From Haliotis rufescens (taxonomy: Eukaryota), in contig NW_025963957.1 in NCBI RefSeq assembly GCF_023055435.1, positions 8,246,001 to 8,310,000 on the forward strand: DNA of 64,000 nt. Reading direction: 5' to 3'. Below, one piece after another: positions 40,401 to 51,534 of the stretch. The position numbers and the translations under genes are program-made. The notes beneath the pieces were generated by a model. That model searched no databases. It was given only the letters and a program-made list of their open reading frames with translations, and was not told where the DNA came from. Each line of letters starts with the position of its first letter. Position 1 is the stretch's first letter.

Positions 40401-42849
40401 TCTACCACTGCCAGGTAATACCTCACTGCTCTACCACTGCCAGGGAATACCTCACCGCTCTACCACTGCCAGGTAATACCTTACTGCTCTACCACTGCCA
40501 GGTAATACCTCACTGCTCTACCACTGCCAGGTAATACCTCACTGCTCTACCACTGCCAGGTAATACCTCACTGCTCTACCACTGCCAGGTAATACCTCAC
40601 TGCTCTACCACTGCCAGGTAATACCTTACTGCTCTACCACTGCCAGGTAATACCTCACTGCTCTGCCACTTCGGCCCATCTTCAATGTTGACTAGGCTTC
40701 TCACGCCATCACTAATGTCAGACTCAGGGTGTTGGACTTGTTCGCTGCCATGCTCACAAGTCAGCGCCTCATTCACTCTCTACAAGACAAATTCAATCAT
40801 GTTCAGACTGTACCTTGGCGATCGAAGTCAGATGAAAGGGTAGGTCACTCCATTCTGCATGTCATACTTGATTTAGGGTATTGACTCAATCCTGACATTT
40901 GTAAAACAAACTGTCCTCATCATCAATATGTGCCTTATGAACCATTGATACATTCATTAAGGAACAAATTAAAGCATTTTACTTTGTATGAGAAACAGTA
41001 TTCTATCTTATGAGATAATAAACATATAATAACATCATTTCATTTCTGCCTGAAGACATCTGTTTAACTTGTTAGTGGAAAAGGGTCTCTTTTGACTGTA
41101 ATTTGACTGTAGGACCCCATCGCGGCTCTTGGCTAACGATACCAGAGATAATGAAAAATGTCACTTGTATAGGCCTCACTGAAGTTGTTTGTGTGATCAC
41201 ATGGCACGTGCTATTTGCTGGTACAGTTAATCGCGTGCAGGCTAAAATGGCACCTCGGCATCTCATTTGGCGAAAAAAGCTACTAATTGACGTGCGAAAA
41301 CGGCAGCTCTATTTTTAATAACAATAAGAATGATTTATGTAGTAGTGAGTATACTTTATTTACATGCTTTATTATGTTATGTTGTTGTATGTATGTTTTC
41401 CTTGGGCGGGGACACGGTCTGCTATCTGAAGAAACATTCTTGGCTGCCGGCAGAAAGGGAATATATATAACATAAATATCAAATATGTAGTATACCTGTA
41501 GTTAAGTTTCTTGACATTTCCGCCACTCAGTTTCAGCTTGACATTGAGCTAATCTGAGGAAAGGTAATCAAAGCATGTGATGTTTTCACAATAAGTTTAG
41601 TCGCCTCCAAATAAATTAGAATAGAGGCTAAGTTCCTATGTAAACTTGTTTAAATGCGATTAACATTTCTCAATTATTTGTGTTTACAAGTGACTATGTG
41701 AGTTCTCATTTATTTACTTCAAAGCATGTAATGTTTTCACCATAAGTATAGTTGTACCTCCCAACATGCCCTATCAGAGTCAGCGAGTATTTCACTAGAT
41801 CTATCAAGGTTTAAAAAAAAGGTGCCATTTTCGCCAATTGGTGCCATTTTCGCTCGGTCCCGTTTTAGCTAAAACCCCAGTTAATCAACAGGAAAGTATT
41901 TCCACTGTTTGGATTCCCTCATCACGTTATGACAGAAGTCGGAAAGATTTCCGCCCATAGCATCATTAAAGTACACGCTGCCAGCCACCTCATGATATAT
42001 CTATATATAAATGTTTATACACTATGAATGAAATAATATGTAATATTTATATATATAATGTACATTATGTATATATACCTCTCATGTTGATAGTTATATT
42101 TATTCCATATATAGTTAGTTTGTACCCTGCCCTACGAGGGTGTTCCGTACAATAAAAATTCTTGATTCTTAGCCCCCTTCCAAAAGTTATGTATGGATAA
42201 GCATTGGGACACAATCCATTTAATCATATTGGGGGGGGGGGGGGCAAACAAGTAGAAGTCCTAGTCAGAAGTCTCCTCAAATGCCTTCCACGGACAGAAA
42301 TGGGCTGTTTGCTCGTAGTTTCATCCAAATCAAAGTTATTGCTACAATGAACTTCATACACAGATTGAGAATATTTCTGACATAACATGAAACATATGCC
42401 GATAACTGGGTCCCATTGTACAAAACAACCTTAGCATGACGAGTGTCGTAAGTCTATGTTAAGGTATGGGTGTTACGATCACCTTGGCGCTAAGATCGCT
42501 TTGTGGAACGGGTCCCTAGTCGCTTGGCCAGTAGGCTAAAGATTTGTTTTCTCACATGACCAGTGCACTCTACCTCGTTCATAACATCCAAAGCCTTAAA
42601 AAGTTCTCTGGGATCCTCTTTATTAGTATTTCCATGATTCGGTCTTTTGTTGTCAGTTTTGCAGCCAAAGGGGTTTTTCCTCTTGGTGACGGGACGATCA
42701 CTTGACGGTCTCGAGCTCAGCAATGCAGAAGACAGTTCAGTGGGGTCGTGGATAGTTTTTCTTCGAGCTAGCGTTCGCCGTTTGATACTTCGAACCTTCA
42801 TCACATCAGACGGGTTCTTCCATTTAGGTGAATGTTCGGCGGCAGCCAT
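31064..42849 (-). CDS. DONSON: DONSON (downstream neighbor of SON, replisome/CMG assembly factor), 10 coding exons, ~609 aa
   Basis: Exons 42849-42574, 40779-40654, 39437-39168, 38880-38765, 36786-36730, 35319-35141, 34778-34643, 33761-33633, 32488-32293 and 31408-31064 join with GT-AG ends and consistent phases into 1830 nt. Recognisable DONSON motifs: KRKNPF, LPLDWSLK, YWVHPNIPW..FPRI, CPYFYLCTHQFTVVFRAAG, PTTRGLREA, DNRPESLV, SGPQAGIPPTILAPTAFKGAT, GPILPH. Confidence 0.93.
32293..32488 (-). CDS. DONSON: DONSON coding exon 9
   Basis: QREGFRRVDNRPESLVYVEG...SGPQAGIPPTILAPTAFKGATLKPNK|gtgagt. Confidence 0.93.
32489..33632 (-). other. U12-type (minor spliceosome) GT-AG intron, DONSON intron 8
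   Basis: 5' splice site GTATCCTC. Branch site TTCCTTAAC (32505-32497) lies 8 nt before the intron end (..TGGTGAAG), with no polypyrimidine tract. The reading frame requires this AG. Confidence 0.88.
33370..33592. repeat. 49 bp tandem repeat in DONSON intron 8
   Basis: GTGGGTGAGATGGACAAAGGGAGACAACTACATGTGGCATCTACCTGAT, ~4.5 units. Confidence 0.9.
33633..33761 (-). CDS. DONSON: DONSON coding exon 8 (alternative in-frame acceptor possible, exon start 33749)
   Basis: Acidic DDEDDDLIDNDEGASVWLESMGLDKK...KVKL; ends at U12-type donor GTATCCTC. Confidence 0.88.
33792..34638. repeat. ~27-29 bp minisatellite filling DONSON intron 7
   Basis: GCTAAAACACAGACACAGCAATCTACT variants. Confidence 0.93.
34643..34778 (-). 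CDS. DONSON: DONSON coding exon 7
   Basis: ttccag|(G)ISFRMPNL...SGPH|gtatgt. Confidence 0.85.
35141..35319 (-). CDS. DONSON: DONSON coding exon 6
   Basis: ttttag|TESLTSVFHLLRAGKCPYFYLCTHQF...PTTRGLREAFKQD|gtatgt. Confidence 0.93.
35375..36385 (+). mobile_element. Partial HINE-like element
   Basis: AAGAGGCCCATAGGGCCTGTATCGCTCACCTG start and ~160 bp internal repeats at 36000-36385. Confidence 0.5.
35784..35955 (+). mobile_element. Family C copy with internal deletion
   Basis: Starts GACCTGTGAAG and ends gctggaatattgctgagtgtggcgttcaacaacaaaccaacc. Confidence 0.8.
36730..36786 (-). CDS. DONSON: DONSON coding exon 5
   Basis: gttccag|(S)NVSIVGSNDEATVALHRD(W)|gtaaga; 57 nt, phases fit both neighbours. 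Confidence 0.85.
37376..38140 (+). mobile_element. Nested HINE-like element
   Basis: AACAAGAG start, subterminal TATATCCCCCGCCC inverted to terminal GGGCGGGGGATA, 3' hairpin, GACG-type microsatellite. Confidence 0.65.
37438..37778. mobile_element. Tc1/pogo-type MITE
   Basis: TIR CCGTATT(T/A)GACGTAATAAGCGCCC at both ends; TA on the right flank. Confidence 0.8.
38765..38880 (-). CDS. DONSON: DONSON coding exon 4
   Basis: ttgtcag|WPGDADRCSTFHSCCLYWVHPNIPWVKPFPRIVAEQKI|gtaggc. Confidence 0.9.
39168..39437 (-). CDS. DONSON: DONSON coding exon 3
   Basis: tttttcag|PQTD...LPLDWSLKVKMRIVS...QHQ|gtacac. Confidence 0.85.
39953..40670. repeat. 29 bp minisatellite containing the DONSON exon 2 donor site
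   Basis: ACCACTGCCAGGTAATACCTCACTGCTCT, ~24 units. Confidence 0.95.
40654..40779 (-). CDS. DONSON: DONSON coding exon 2
   Basis: ttgtag|RVNEALTCEH...GPKWQSSE|gtatta; 126 nt, open, phase 0/0. Poorly conserved region, supported by splice signals and phase only. Confidence 0.7.
42574..42849 (-). CDS. DONSON: DONSON coding exon 1
   Basis: MAAAEHSPKWKNPSDVMK...KRKNPFG...DVMNE, then donor GAG|GTAGAG; 276 nt, phase 0. Confidence 0.85.
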
Positions 42850-43271
42850 AATGAATAAAGGAAATCTACCGTAGGCCTATACGAATGTTGTCCTTATCAA
42901 ATACTTTCACAATGGGATTCACGAGAAGTCGTTCATTCACAAATCCCGCCCGGAGTAAGGTGACTCGAAAACTTGAACCGTGTTGTTTAGTTTGTAGGCG
43001 GAAGTCGACAGTCGTGTCAATGAATCAGCTGTAATAATATTTGTGATCACGCCTTTGGAACAACCATATAACACATACTTTAACATTCAAGCACGTTGAA
43101 GAATTTATTCACATAAGAAACCATTATGTAGAACGTGCTAGATCCATACAATATCCAGAGCCAAACTTTAAATTAAACCGAAAGACCTTGACCTTTTTCT
43201 TATCGGGAAATACCGAGGAGAAAGTCCAAGTGGTTGTATTCTATCTGTTTTGCTAATTTCAGCTGCTAATA
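42850..43271. promoter_or_regulatory. Candidate bidirectional promoter between DONSON and MGST3
   Basis: Only 422 bp between divergent start codons; ETS/GABP-like GCGGAAGT (42998-43005) and E2F-like AATCCCGCC (42942-42950). Confidence 0.65.
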
Positions 43272-43397
43272 ATGGGTGTCAGTGTAGAAATTCAGTCTGA
43301 CTTCGGCTATGTGGTTTTAGTCATCGTGGCTACGTGGGTTTTGCTGAACTGGCTTGGACTACAAGTTGTTAAAGCAAGACGAAAGTATGAAGTCAAC
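43272..43397 (+). CDS. MGST3: MGST3 first coding exon
   Basis: ATG...VVKARRKYEVN|gtgagc; acceptor-like gctaatttcag ends at 43262, just upstream of the ATG. Confidence 0.92.
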
Positions 43398-46300
43398 GTG
43401 AGCAAGTTTGTTTTTTTCAGTTTGTGCAGTCACCCGAGATAGTATCAACCAGTGGTTGTACGCACTGGTGCAAGCGAACTGTTGTAATTTGTTGTGTGTT
43501 TGATAGGAATGTAGTGGAGCTGTTAAATGTTCTCCCAGAAGTAGGTTATAATGTTTGAGCATGACCCTCATAAACAAAATGTCGTTATGACTGCAGTTTT
43601 TGACCGCTCGGCAGAAAATCCATCGTCCATGATTAGTTAAAGGCAAACTAGAGAGATACACTTTTGGCAACCAAGGATGCAGAAAATCTAGTTAAACTAT
43701 TTCCATGATTTCTGCTTTGATAATGTCAAAGATTAACTGGTTAGTTCTTAACTAAATACATTGGCTTCTTAACTATACATACCATCTCTGATGCGGATGG
43801 AGTGTTACGGCAATGTCAACAAGGGGTCAACTCATCAATCAGTAGGGCAGGAACGATACACCAACTGTGAGATCCGATATGTATCACGATACCTTGCTCA
43901 CGATTGGATACCTATTACGATACATGCATGTGCACTTTTCTGTGGTGTGTGAGCCATGTTTTTTATAGACACGATGGTCAAATACCTGGCACACTAACAA
44001 TTTACTGTTGGCAGTGTCAAGTATATCTCAATGGATGAAAACATTTATGTTTTCACTACTCCTTTTCACTTGTAATTAGTGTTTGGTGTAACATTTAATT
44101 GAAGTATACATTTAAGGTAAGATTCAATACATTTTACTTTGTGTGTGATTGTGATCGATACTTATTTCGCAAAGTAAAAAAATCTCGATGCATCAGTGTA
44201 TAGTCCCACTACTATCTATCGCTCTCCATTCACTTTCAGTACCCCATCATGTACTGTACGGACACATTCGGTGATGGCCACATGTTCAACTGTGTGCAGA
44301 GGGCTCATCAGAACACGTACGTATCACCTCATTGTGTCTGTGAAATTAACACTACAAAGCAAAGGGGTCTTTACCATACACCAAGGGTTTTTGCTGGACC
44401 TGCACAGAGGCCGTTAGTGAGTCCTAAATCTGCAGCAAATGTAAGTAAACATTCCCAAATTGGTATAATAAGGATTTTGATTAATGTTAATATTTATAAC
44501 TTATGTGATGATGGCTTTGTCAGTGTGACTGAAAACAGGATCAATAAATAGGACAAGGCAGTGTTAACACAGTTAATGATTACAACATACAGACATGACA
44601 CACATCACCATATTACAACATACAGACATGACACTCATCACCAGATTACAACATACAGACATGACACTCATCACCAGATTATAACATACAGACATGACAC
44701 TCATCACCAGATTACAACATACAGACATGACACTCATCACCATATAACAACATACAGACATGACTCACATCACCAGATTACAACATAGACGTGACACTTA
44801 TCCCCAGATTACAACATACAGACATGACACACATCACCATATAACAACATACAGACATGACACTCATCACCAGATTACAACATACAGACATGACACTCAT
44901 CACCAGATTACAACATACAGACATGACACTCATCACCAGATTACAACATACAGACATGACACTCATCACCAGATTACAACATACAGACATGACACTCATC
45001 ACCAGATTACAACATACAGACGTGACACTCATCACCATATAACAACATACAGACATGACACTCATCACCAGATTACAACATACAGACATGACACACATCA
45101 CCAGATTACAACATACAGACATGACACTCATCACCAGATTACAACATACAGACATGACACTCATCACCATATAACAACATACAGACATGACACACATCAC
45201 CAGATTACAACATACAGACATGACACACATCACCAGATTACAACATAGACGTGACACTTATCCCCAGATTACAACATACAGACATGACACTCATCACAGG
45301 ATTACAACATACAGACGTGACACACATCACCAGATTACAACATACAGACATGACACTCATCACCAGATTACAACATACAGACATGACACACATCACCAGA
45401 TTACAACATACAGACATGACACACATCACCAAATTACAACATACAGACATGACACTCATCACCATATTACAACATACAGACATGACACACATCACCAGAT
45501 TACAACATAAACGTGACACACATCCCCAGATTACAACATACAGACGTGACGCACATCACCAGATTACAACATACAGATATGACACTCATCACCAGATTAC
45601 AACATACAGACATGACACTCATCACCAGATTACAACATACAGACATGACACTTATCCCCAGATTACAACATACAAACATGACGCACATCATCATATTACA
45701 ACATACAGATATGACACTCATCAAAGGTTTACAACATACAGACATGACGCTCATCACCAGATTACATCATACAGACGTGACACTTATCAAAGGTTTACAA
45801 CATACAGACATGACACTCATCAAAGGTTTACAACATACAGACATGACACTCATCCCCAGATTACAACATACAGACATGACACACATCACCAGATTACAAC
45901 ATACAAACGTGACGCTCATCACCAGATTACAACATAGACGTGACGCTCATCCCCAGATTACAACATACAGACGTGACGCACATCACCAGATTACAACATA
46001 CAGATATGACACTCATCACATGATTACAACATACAGACATGACACTCATCACATGATTACAACATACAGATATGACACTCATCAAAGGATTACAACATAC
46101 AGACATGACGCTCATCCCCAGATTACAACATACAGATGTGACACTCATCCCCAGGTTACAACATACAGACGTGACACTCATCACCAGATTACAACATACA
46201 GACGTGACGCACATCACCAGATTACAACATACAGACATGACACTCATCACATGATTACAACATACAGACATTACACTCATCCCCAGATTACAACATACAG

Positions 46301-49300
46301 ATATGACACTCATCAAAGGATTACAACATACAGACGTGAGGCATATCACCAGGTTACAACATACAGATATGACACTCATCACCAGGTTACAACATACAGA
46401 TATGACACTCATCACCAGATTACAACATACAGATGTGACGCACATTACCTGATTATAACATACAGACGTGACGCACATCACCAGATTACAACATACAGAT
46501 GTGACACTCATTACCAGATGGTTTTGTTTCAGACTTGAGGTGTATCCTGTGACCTTGGTGCTATTAATTTTTGGAGGACTTGAATTTCCAGTAGGTATTC
46601 CTGAGTGTATAGAATGCATTCTTGTATTGGCCAGTTGTATATTCTGTGGTATGACTAGTAGTATGTTCAGTGATAATGACCAGTGATATTGATTAGTAGT
46701 ATGACCAGTGATAATGACTAGTGATAATGATTAGTGGTATGACCATTGACAATGATTAGTGGTAGCACCAGTGACAATGATCAGTAGTATGACCACTCAT
46801 AATGATTATTGGTAGCACCATGGACCATTGACGATGATTAGTGGTATGATCAGTGACAATGATTAGCAGTATGGCCACTGGCAATGATTTGTGGTAGGAC
46901 CATTGATCATGGTTAGCAGTATGACCAGTGATAATGATTGGCAGTATGACCATAGACAATGATCAGCAGTATGACCAGTGACAATGATTAGCAGTATGAG
47001 TATTGACAATGATTAGTTGTATGACCATTGATACTGATTAGTGGTATGACCTTTGAAAATGATTAGCAGTATGACCATTGATGATGATTAGTAGTATGAC
47101 TTTTGATAATGATTAGTGGTATGACCTTTGATAATGATTAGCAGCATGACCAGTGATAATGATTAGCAGTATGACCAGATACAATGGTTGGTTTGTTGTT
47201 TAACGCTGCACTCAGCAATATTCAAGCTATATGACGGCGGTCTGTAAATAATCGAGTCTGAACCAGACAATCCAGTGATTGATATCATGAGCATCGATCC
47301 ACGCAATTGGGATTGATAACATGCATCAACTAAGTCAGCGAGTCTGACCACCCGATCCCGTTAGTCGACTTTTACGACAAGCATAGACACCTTTTACGGC
47401 AAGCATGGGTTGCTGAAGACCTATTCTACCCCGGAAGCTTCACGGGTCCCAGATACAATGATAAGCAGTATAACCAGTGTCAATGATAAGCAGTATATCC
47501 AGTGGTAATGATTAGCAGCATGACCAGTGACAATGATTAGCAGCATGAACAGTGACAATGATTAGCAGTATGACGAGTGATAATGATTAGCAGTATGACC
47601 AGTGACAGTGATTTGCAGTATGACCTGTAACAATGATTAGCAGTATGACGAGTGATAATGATTAGCAGTATGACCTGTAACAATGATTTGCAGTATGACC
47701 TGTAACAATGATTAGCAGCATGAACAGTGACAATGATTAGCAGTATGACCAGTGACAGTGATTAGCAGTATGACCAGTGACAATGATTAGCAGTATGACC
47801 AGTGACAGTGATTAGCAGTATGACCAGTGACAATGATTAGCAGTATGACGAGTGATAATGATTAGCAGTATGACCTGTAACAATGATTTGCAGTATGACC
47901 TGTAACAATGATTAGCAGCATGAACAGTGACAATGATTAGCAGTATGACCAGTGACAGTGATTAGCAGTATGACCAGTGACAATGATTAGCAGTATGACC
48001 AGTGACAGTGATTAGCAGTATGACCAGTGACAATGATTAGCATTATGACGAGTGATAATGATTAGTAGTATGACCTGTAACAGTGATTTGCAGTATGACC
48101 TGTAACAATGATTAGCAGCATGAACAGTGACAATGATTAGCAGTATGACCAGTGACAGTGATTAGCAGTATGACCAGTGACAATGATTAGCAGTATGACC
48201 ACTGACAATGATTTGCAGTATGACCTGTAACAATGATTAGCAGTATGACCAGTGACATTGATTAGCTGTATGACCAGTGATAATGATTAGCAGTATGACC
48301 AGTGGTAATGATTAGCAGCATGACCAGTGACAATGATTAGCAGTATGACCACTGACAATGATTTGCAGTATGACCTGTAACAATGATTAGCGGTATGACC
48401 AGTGGTAATGATTAGCAGTATGACCAGTGACAATGATTAGCAGTATGACCAGATACAATGATTAGCAGTATGACCACTGACAATGATTAGTTGTAGGGCC
48501 ATTGACAATGATTAGCAGTATGACCAGTGACAATGATTAGCAGTATGATCACTGACAATGATTAGCAGTAGCAAGCATGGGTTGCTGATGACCTATGAGG
48601 TCTATCAACATGATATAATGTGTTAACAACTACATTATCTGTACTTCAGAAAGTTAGTGCCTTGTGTGGAGTTGTGTGGATCGTCAGTCGTGTCGTGTAC
48701 GCATATGGCTACTACACTGGAGGTGAGTTGAGTGTGATGGAGGGAACACCTGCGATGTCAGCAGCACCTTGTGCTGTTGGCAGTTTCTGTGATGTAGGGA
48801 GCACCTTGTGCTGTTGGCAGTTTCTGTGATGTAGGGAGCACCTTGTGCTGTTGGCAGTTTCTGTGATGTAGGGAGCACCTTGTGCTGTTGGCAGTTTCTG
48901 TGATGTAGGGAGCACCTTGTGCTGTTGGCAGTTTCTGTGATGTAGGGAGCACCTTGTGCTGTTGGCAGTTTCTGTGATGTAGGCAGCACCTTGTGCTGTT
49001 GGCAGTTTCTGTGATGTAGGCAGCACCTTGTGCTGTTGGCAGTTTCTGTGATGTAGGGAGCACCTTGTGCTGTTGGCAGTTTCTGTGATATAGGGAGCAC
49101 CTTGTGCTGTTGGCAGTTTCTGTGAGCACCTTGTGCTGTTGGCAGTTTCTGTGATGTAGGCAGCACCTTGTAAAGTAGGGAGCACCTTGTTATGTAGGCA
49201 GCACATTTTGATGTAGTGAGCACCTTGTGATGTAGGGAGCACCTTGTGATGTAGGCAGCACCCTTTGATGTTGTGAGCACCTTGTGATGTAGGTAGCACC

Positions 49301-49973
49301 TTGTGGTGGAAGTACCTGTGATGTAGAGAGCACCTTGGGGTGGAAGCACCTGTGATGTAGGGAGCACCTTGTGGTGGAAGTACCTGTGATGTAGGGAGCA
49401 CCTTGTGATGGAAGCACCTGTGAAGTAGGGAGCACCTTGTGGTGGAAGCACCTGTGGTGTAGGGAGCACCTTGTGATGGAAGCACCTGTGGTGTAGGGAG
49501 CACCTTGTGGTGGAAGCACCTGTGATGTAGGGAGCACCTTGTGATGGAAGCACCTGTGGTGTAGGGAGCACCTTGTGGTGGAAGCACCTGTGGTGTAGGG
49601 AGCACCTTGTGGTGGAAGCACCTGTGGTGTAGGGAGCACCTTGTGGTGGAAGCACCTGTGGTGTAGGGAGCACCTTGTGATGTAGGGAGCACCTTGTGAT
49701 GTAGGCAGCACCTTTTGATGTAGTGAGCACCTTGTTATGTAGGGAGAACACTGTTGATAGCTATGGAATAAAGATTTGTTTGCTTAGACTAAACGTAGGC
49801 AATTTGACCTTCTGTGTGACTGTGAGGAGAAAGTTTATAGGGAAACAACAACATTGCCCCTTTATTTTCCAGATCCGTCAAAGAGGACCCGGGGTACGTT
49901 TGGGTACGCTGGTCTCCTCATCCTCCTGGTCAACAGCATCATCTTCGCCCTGGATATCCTGGACTTTGTGTAA
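43272..49973 (+). CDS. MGST3: Microsomal glutathione S-transferase 3 (MAPEG family), 5 coding exons, 144 aa
   Basis: Exons 43272-43397, 44240-44316, 46533-46590, 48650-48722 and 49873-49973 give 435 nt: MGVSVEIQSDFGYVVLV...KARRKYEVNYPIMY..DGHMFNCVQRAHQNTLEVYP...GG..P..SRVVYAYGYYTGDPSKRTRG. These are MGST3 signature motifs. Confidence 0.96.
44240..44316 (+). CDS. MGST3: MGST3 coding exon 2
   Basis: tttcag|YPIMYCTDTFGDGHMFNCVQRAHQN|gtacgt. Confidence 0.95.
44578..46518. repeat. 33 bp minisatellite, MGST3 intron 2
   Basis: ATTACAACATACAGACATGACACTCATCACCAG. Confidence 0.97.
46533..46590 (+). CDS. MGST3: MGST3 coding exon 3
   Basis: tttcag|LEVYPVTLVLLIFGGLEFP|gtaggt. Confidence 0.93.
46650..48570. 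repeat. 25 bp minisatellite, MGST3 intron 3 (family C insertion inside)
   Basis: ATGATTAGCAGTATGACCAGTGACA. Confidence 0.95.
47187..47448 (-). mobile_element. SINE-like element family C (no tRNA head), full length
   Basis: 12 bp TSD CCAGATACAATG at 47175-47186 and 47449-47460; 5' end GACCCGTGAAG; 3' end GCGTTAAACAACAAACCAAC. Confidence 0.88.
48650..48722 (+). CDS. MGST3: MGST3 coding exon 4
   Basis: cttcag|KVSALCGVVWIVSRVVYAYGYYTG|gtgagt. Confidence 0.95.
48763..49746. repeat. Compound 37/34/~19 bp minisatellite, MGST3 intron 4
   Basis: GCACCTTGTGCTGTTGGCAGTTTCTGTGATGTAGGGA, then GCACCTTGTGGTGGAAGCACCTGTGGTGTAGGGA. Confidence 0.93.
49873..49973 (+). CDS. MGST3: MGST3 coding exon 5 (last)
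   Basis: ttccag|(D)PSKRTRGTFGYAGLLILLVNSIIFALDILDFV*. Confidence 0.93.
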
Positions 49974-50162
49974 CAGAATAGGTGTGGCCAGAAGATTCCT
50001 GTGTCATCTGCTTCACCTGATAATCAATGTGTACTGATGAATGGTTCTGTGGAAGATTTTATATCATTTACAACCCCATGTTGTGTTTGTGTCCATTGTT
50101 GAAGTCACTGACGGTAGTTGTCAAACCAGGATTACCAAGAAATCCATGTTCCCAGTTTACAG

Positions 50163-50759
50163 CAATCTCAATAAAATCAGATCTTACTTCTCACTATCTC
50201 TAAACAAAGATCTGATGACATCCCATTATGGGTCACGTCAGAATGACCTTACATCCGACCAATCAAAGTGTAGCTTACCAGATCATGACCGTGACAGTCA
50301 GAATGTGTTTTCTAATCATGCAACGTCGCAAAAGTTAACAGTTATATACCAAATGACAGTTACGGGTCGTACGGCTGATTCCATCAAAATCATCGTCTAT
50401 CTCTCGCTTCCATGGGAGAAACATTTGCTCGGAAGAGGCATTGCACAGTACCTGGGAAGCACTGCCATACAATCTCAACCATATTATTAGACATCCCGAA
50501 ATGTTCGTTTGTTCAGTTTTCAAATTTTAATCAAGAACTGTGTCAACATATTTTTCAAGCGTGGTCTGAAATGGTAGTCGCCTGGCTGAAATGAGTGCCG
50601 TGAAGCTTGAGAAAGCTGTTTTCAAATTGGCTGATGTCGACTGCTTGTTAGTCATTACAGTGGTCGGTCAAAGTTCGTGAAAGGTCGTGTTGTGACCTGT
50701 AATGCGATGTCCTCAGATCTTTGTTTTGCGGCAGCGAGAACCTTATTTTAGTGAGATTG
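50163..50759. mobile_element. MITE with long TIRs and 10 bp TSD (MULE-like), copy 1
   Basis: Ends CAATCTC...GAGATTG, imperfect ~85 bp TIR, perfect TSD CAGTTTACAG at 50153-50162 and 50760-50769. Confidence 0.85.
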
Positions 50760-50927
50760 CAGTTTACAGTGAGATTATATGACTGTCTTTGATCCCTCAA
50801 ATTGAACCTACAGTACATATTAATGTTAGTGCATAGAATAGTATGTGCTAAACCTACTAGACAGAAATTGTTTTACCAGTACTTGACCTGACAAGTGGCT
50901 AAAGTCATAGACTGACAAGTCGTTTCT

Positions 50928-51534
50928 CAATCTCATTAAAATCAGATCTTAGTTCTCGCTATCGCTAAACAAAGATCTGAGGACAGCCCATTATGGGTCA
51001 CGTCAGAACGACCTTTCATCCAACCAATCAAAGTGTTGCTTACCAGATCATGAAAGTGACAGTCGGAATGTGTTTTCTGATTATGCAACCTCGAAAATGT
51101 TCAGACGGGGTATTTCGAACGATAGTTACGGCCCGTACGACTGATTCCGTCAAAATAATCGCCTATCTCTCGCTTCCATGGGATAAACATTTGAACGGAG
51201 GAGGCGTTGCACAGTACGTGGGAAGCACTGCCATACAATCTCAACCGTATATTAGACATTCCAGAATGTTCGTTTGTTCAGTTTTCAAATTTTAATCGAG
51301 AACTGTGTCAACATATTTTTCAAGCGTAGTCTGAAATGGAAGTCGCCAGGTTGAAACAAGTGTCGTAAAGCTCGAGAAAGCTGCTTTCTAATTGGCTGAT
51401 GTCGACTTCTTGTTGTTCATTTCAGTGATCGGTCAAAGTTTGCGAAAAGGTCGTTCTGACGTGACCCGTAATGGGATGTCCTCAGATCTTTGTTTAGTGG
51501 CAGAGGGAACTTAAATCTGATTTTAATGAGATTG
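50928..51534. mobile_element. Same MITE family, copy 2
   Basis: Same termini, ~88 bp TIR, TSD AGTCGTTTCT / AGTCGTTTGT. Confidence 0.85.

Noticed and set aside
41236-41862. Possible MITE with AAAATGGCACC inverted ends
   Set aside because: TIR match is short and degenerate, and no TSD was found
44561-46619. His/Thr-rich and Cys/Val-rich ORFs
   Set aside because: 33 bp repeat inside MGST3 intron 2
47350-47448. Family C head as an HDV-like, hammerhead, twister or hairpin ribozyme
   Set aside because: Required cores (L3 YCC with P1.1, CUGAUGA/GAAA, twister order, hairpin loop B) could not be placed, so it is kept only as an unknown structure
48684-49751. 326-355 aa antisense ORFs
   Set aside because: Intron 4 minisatellite
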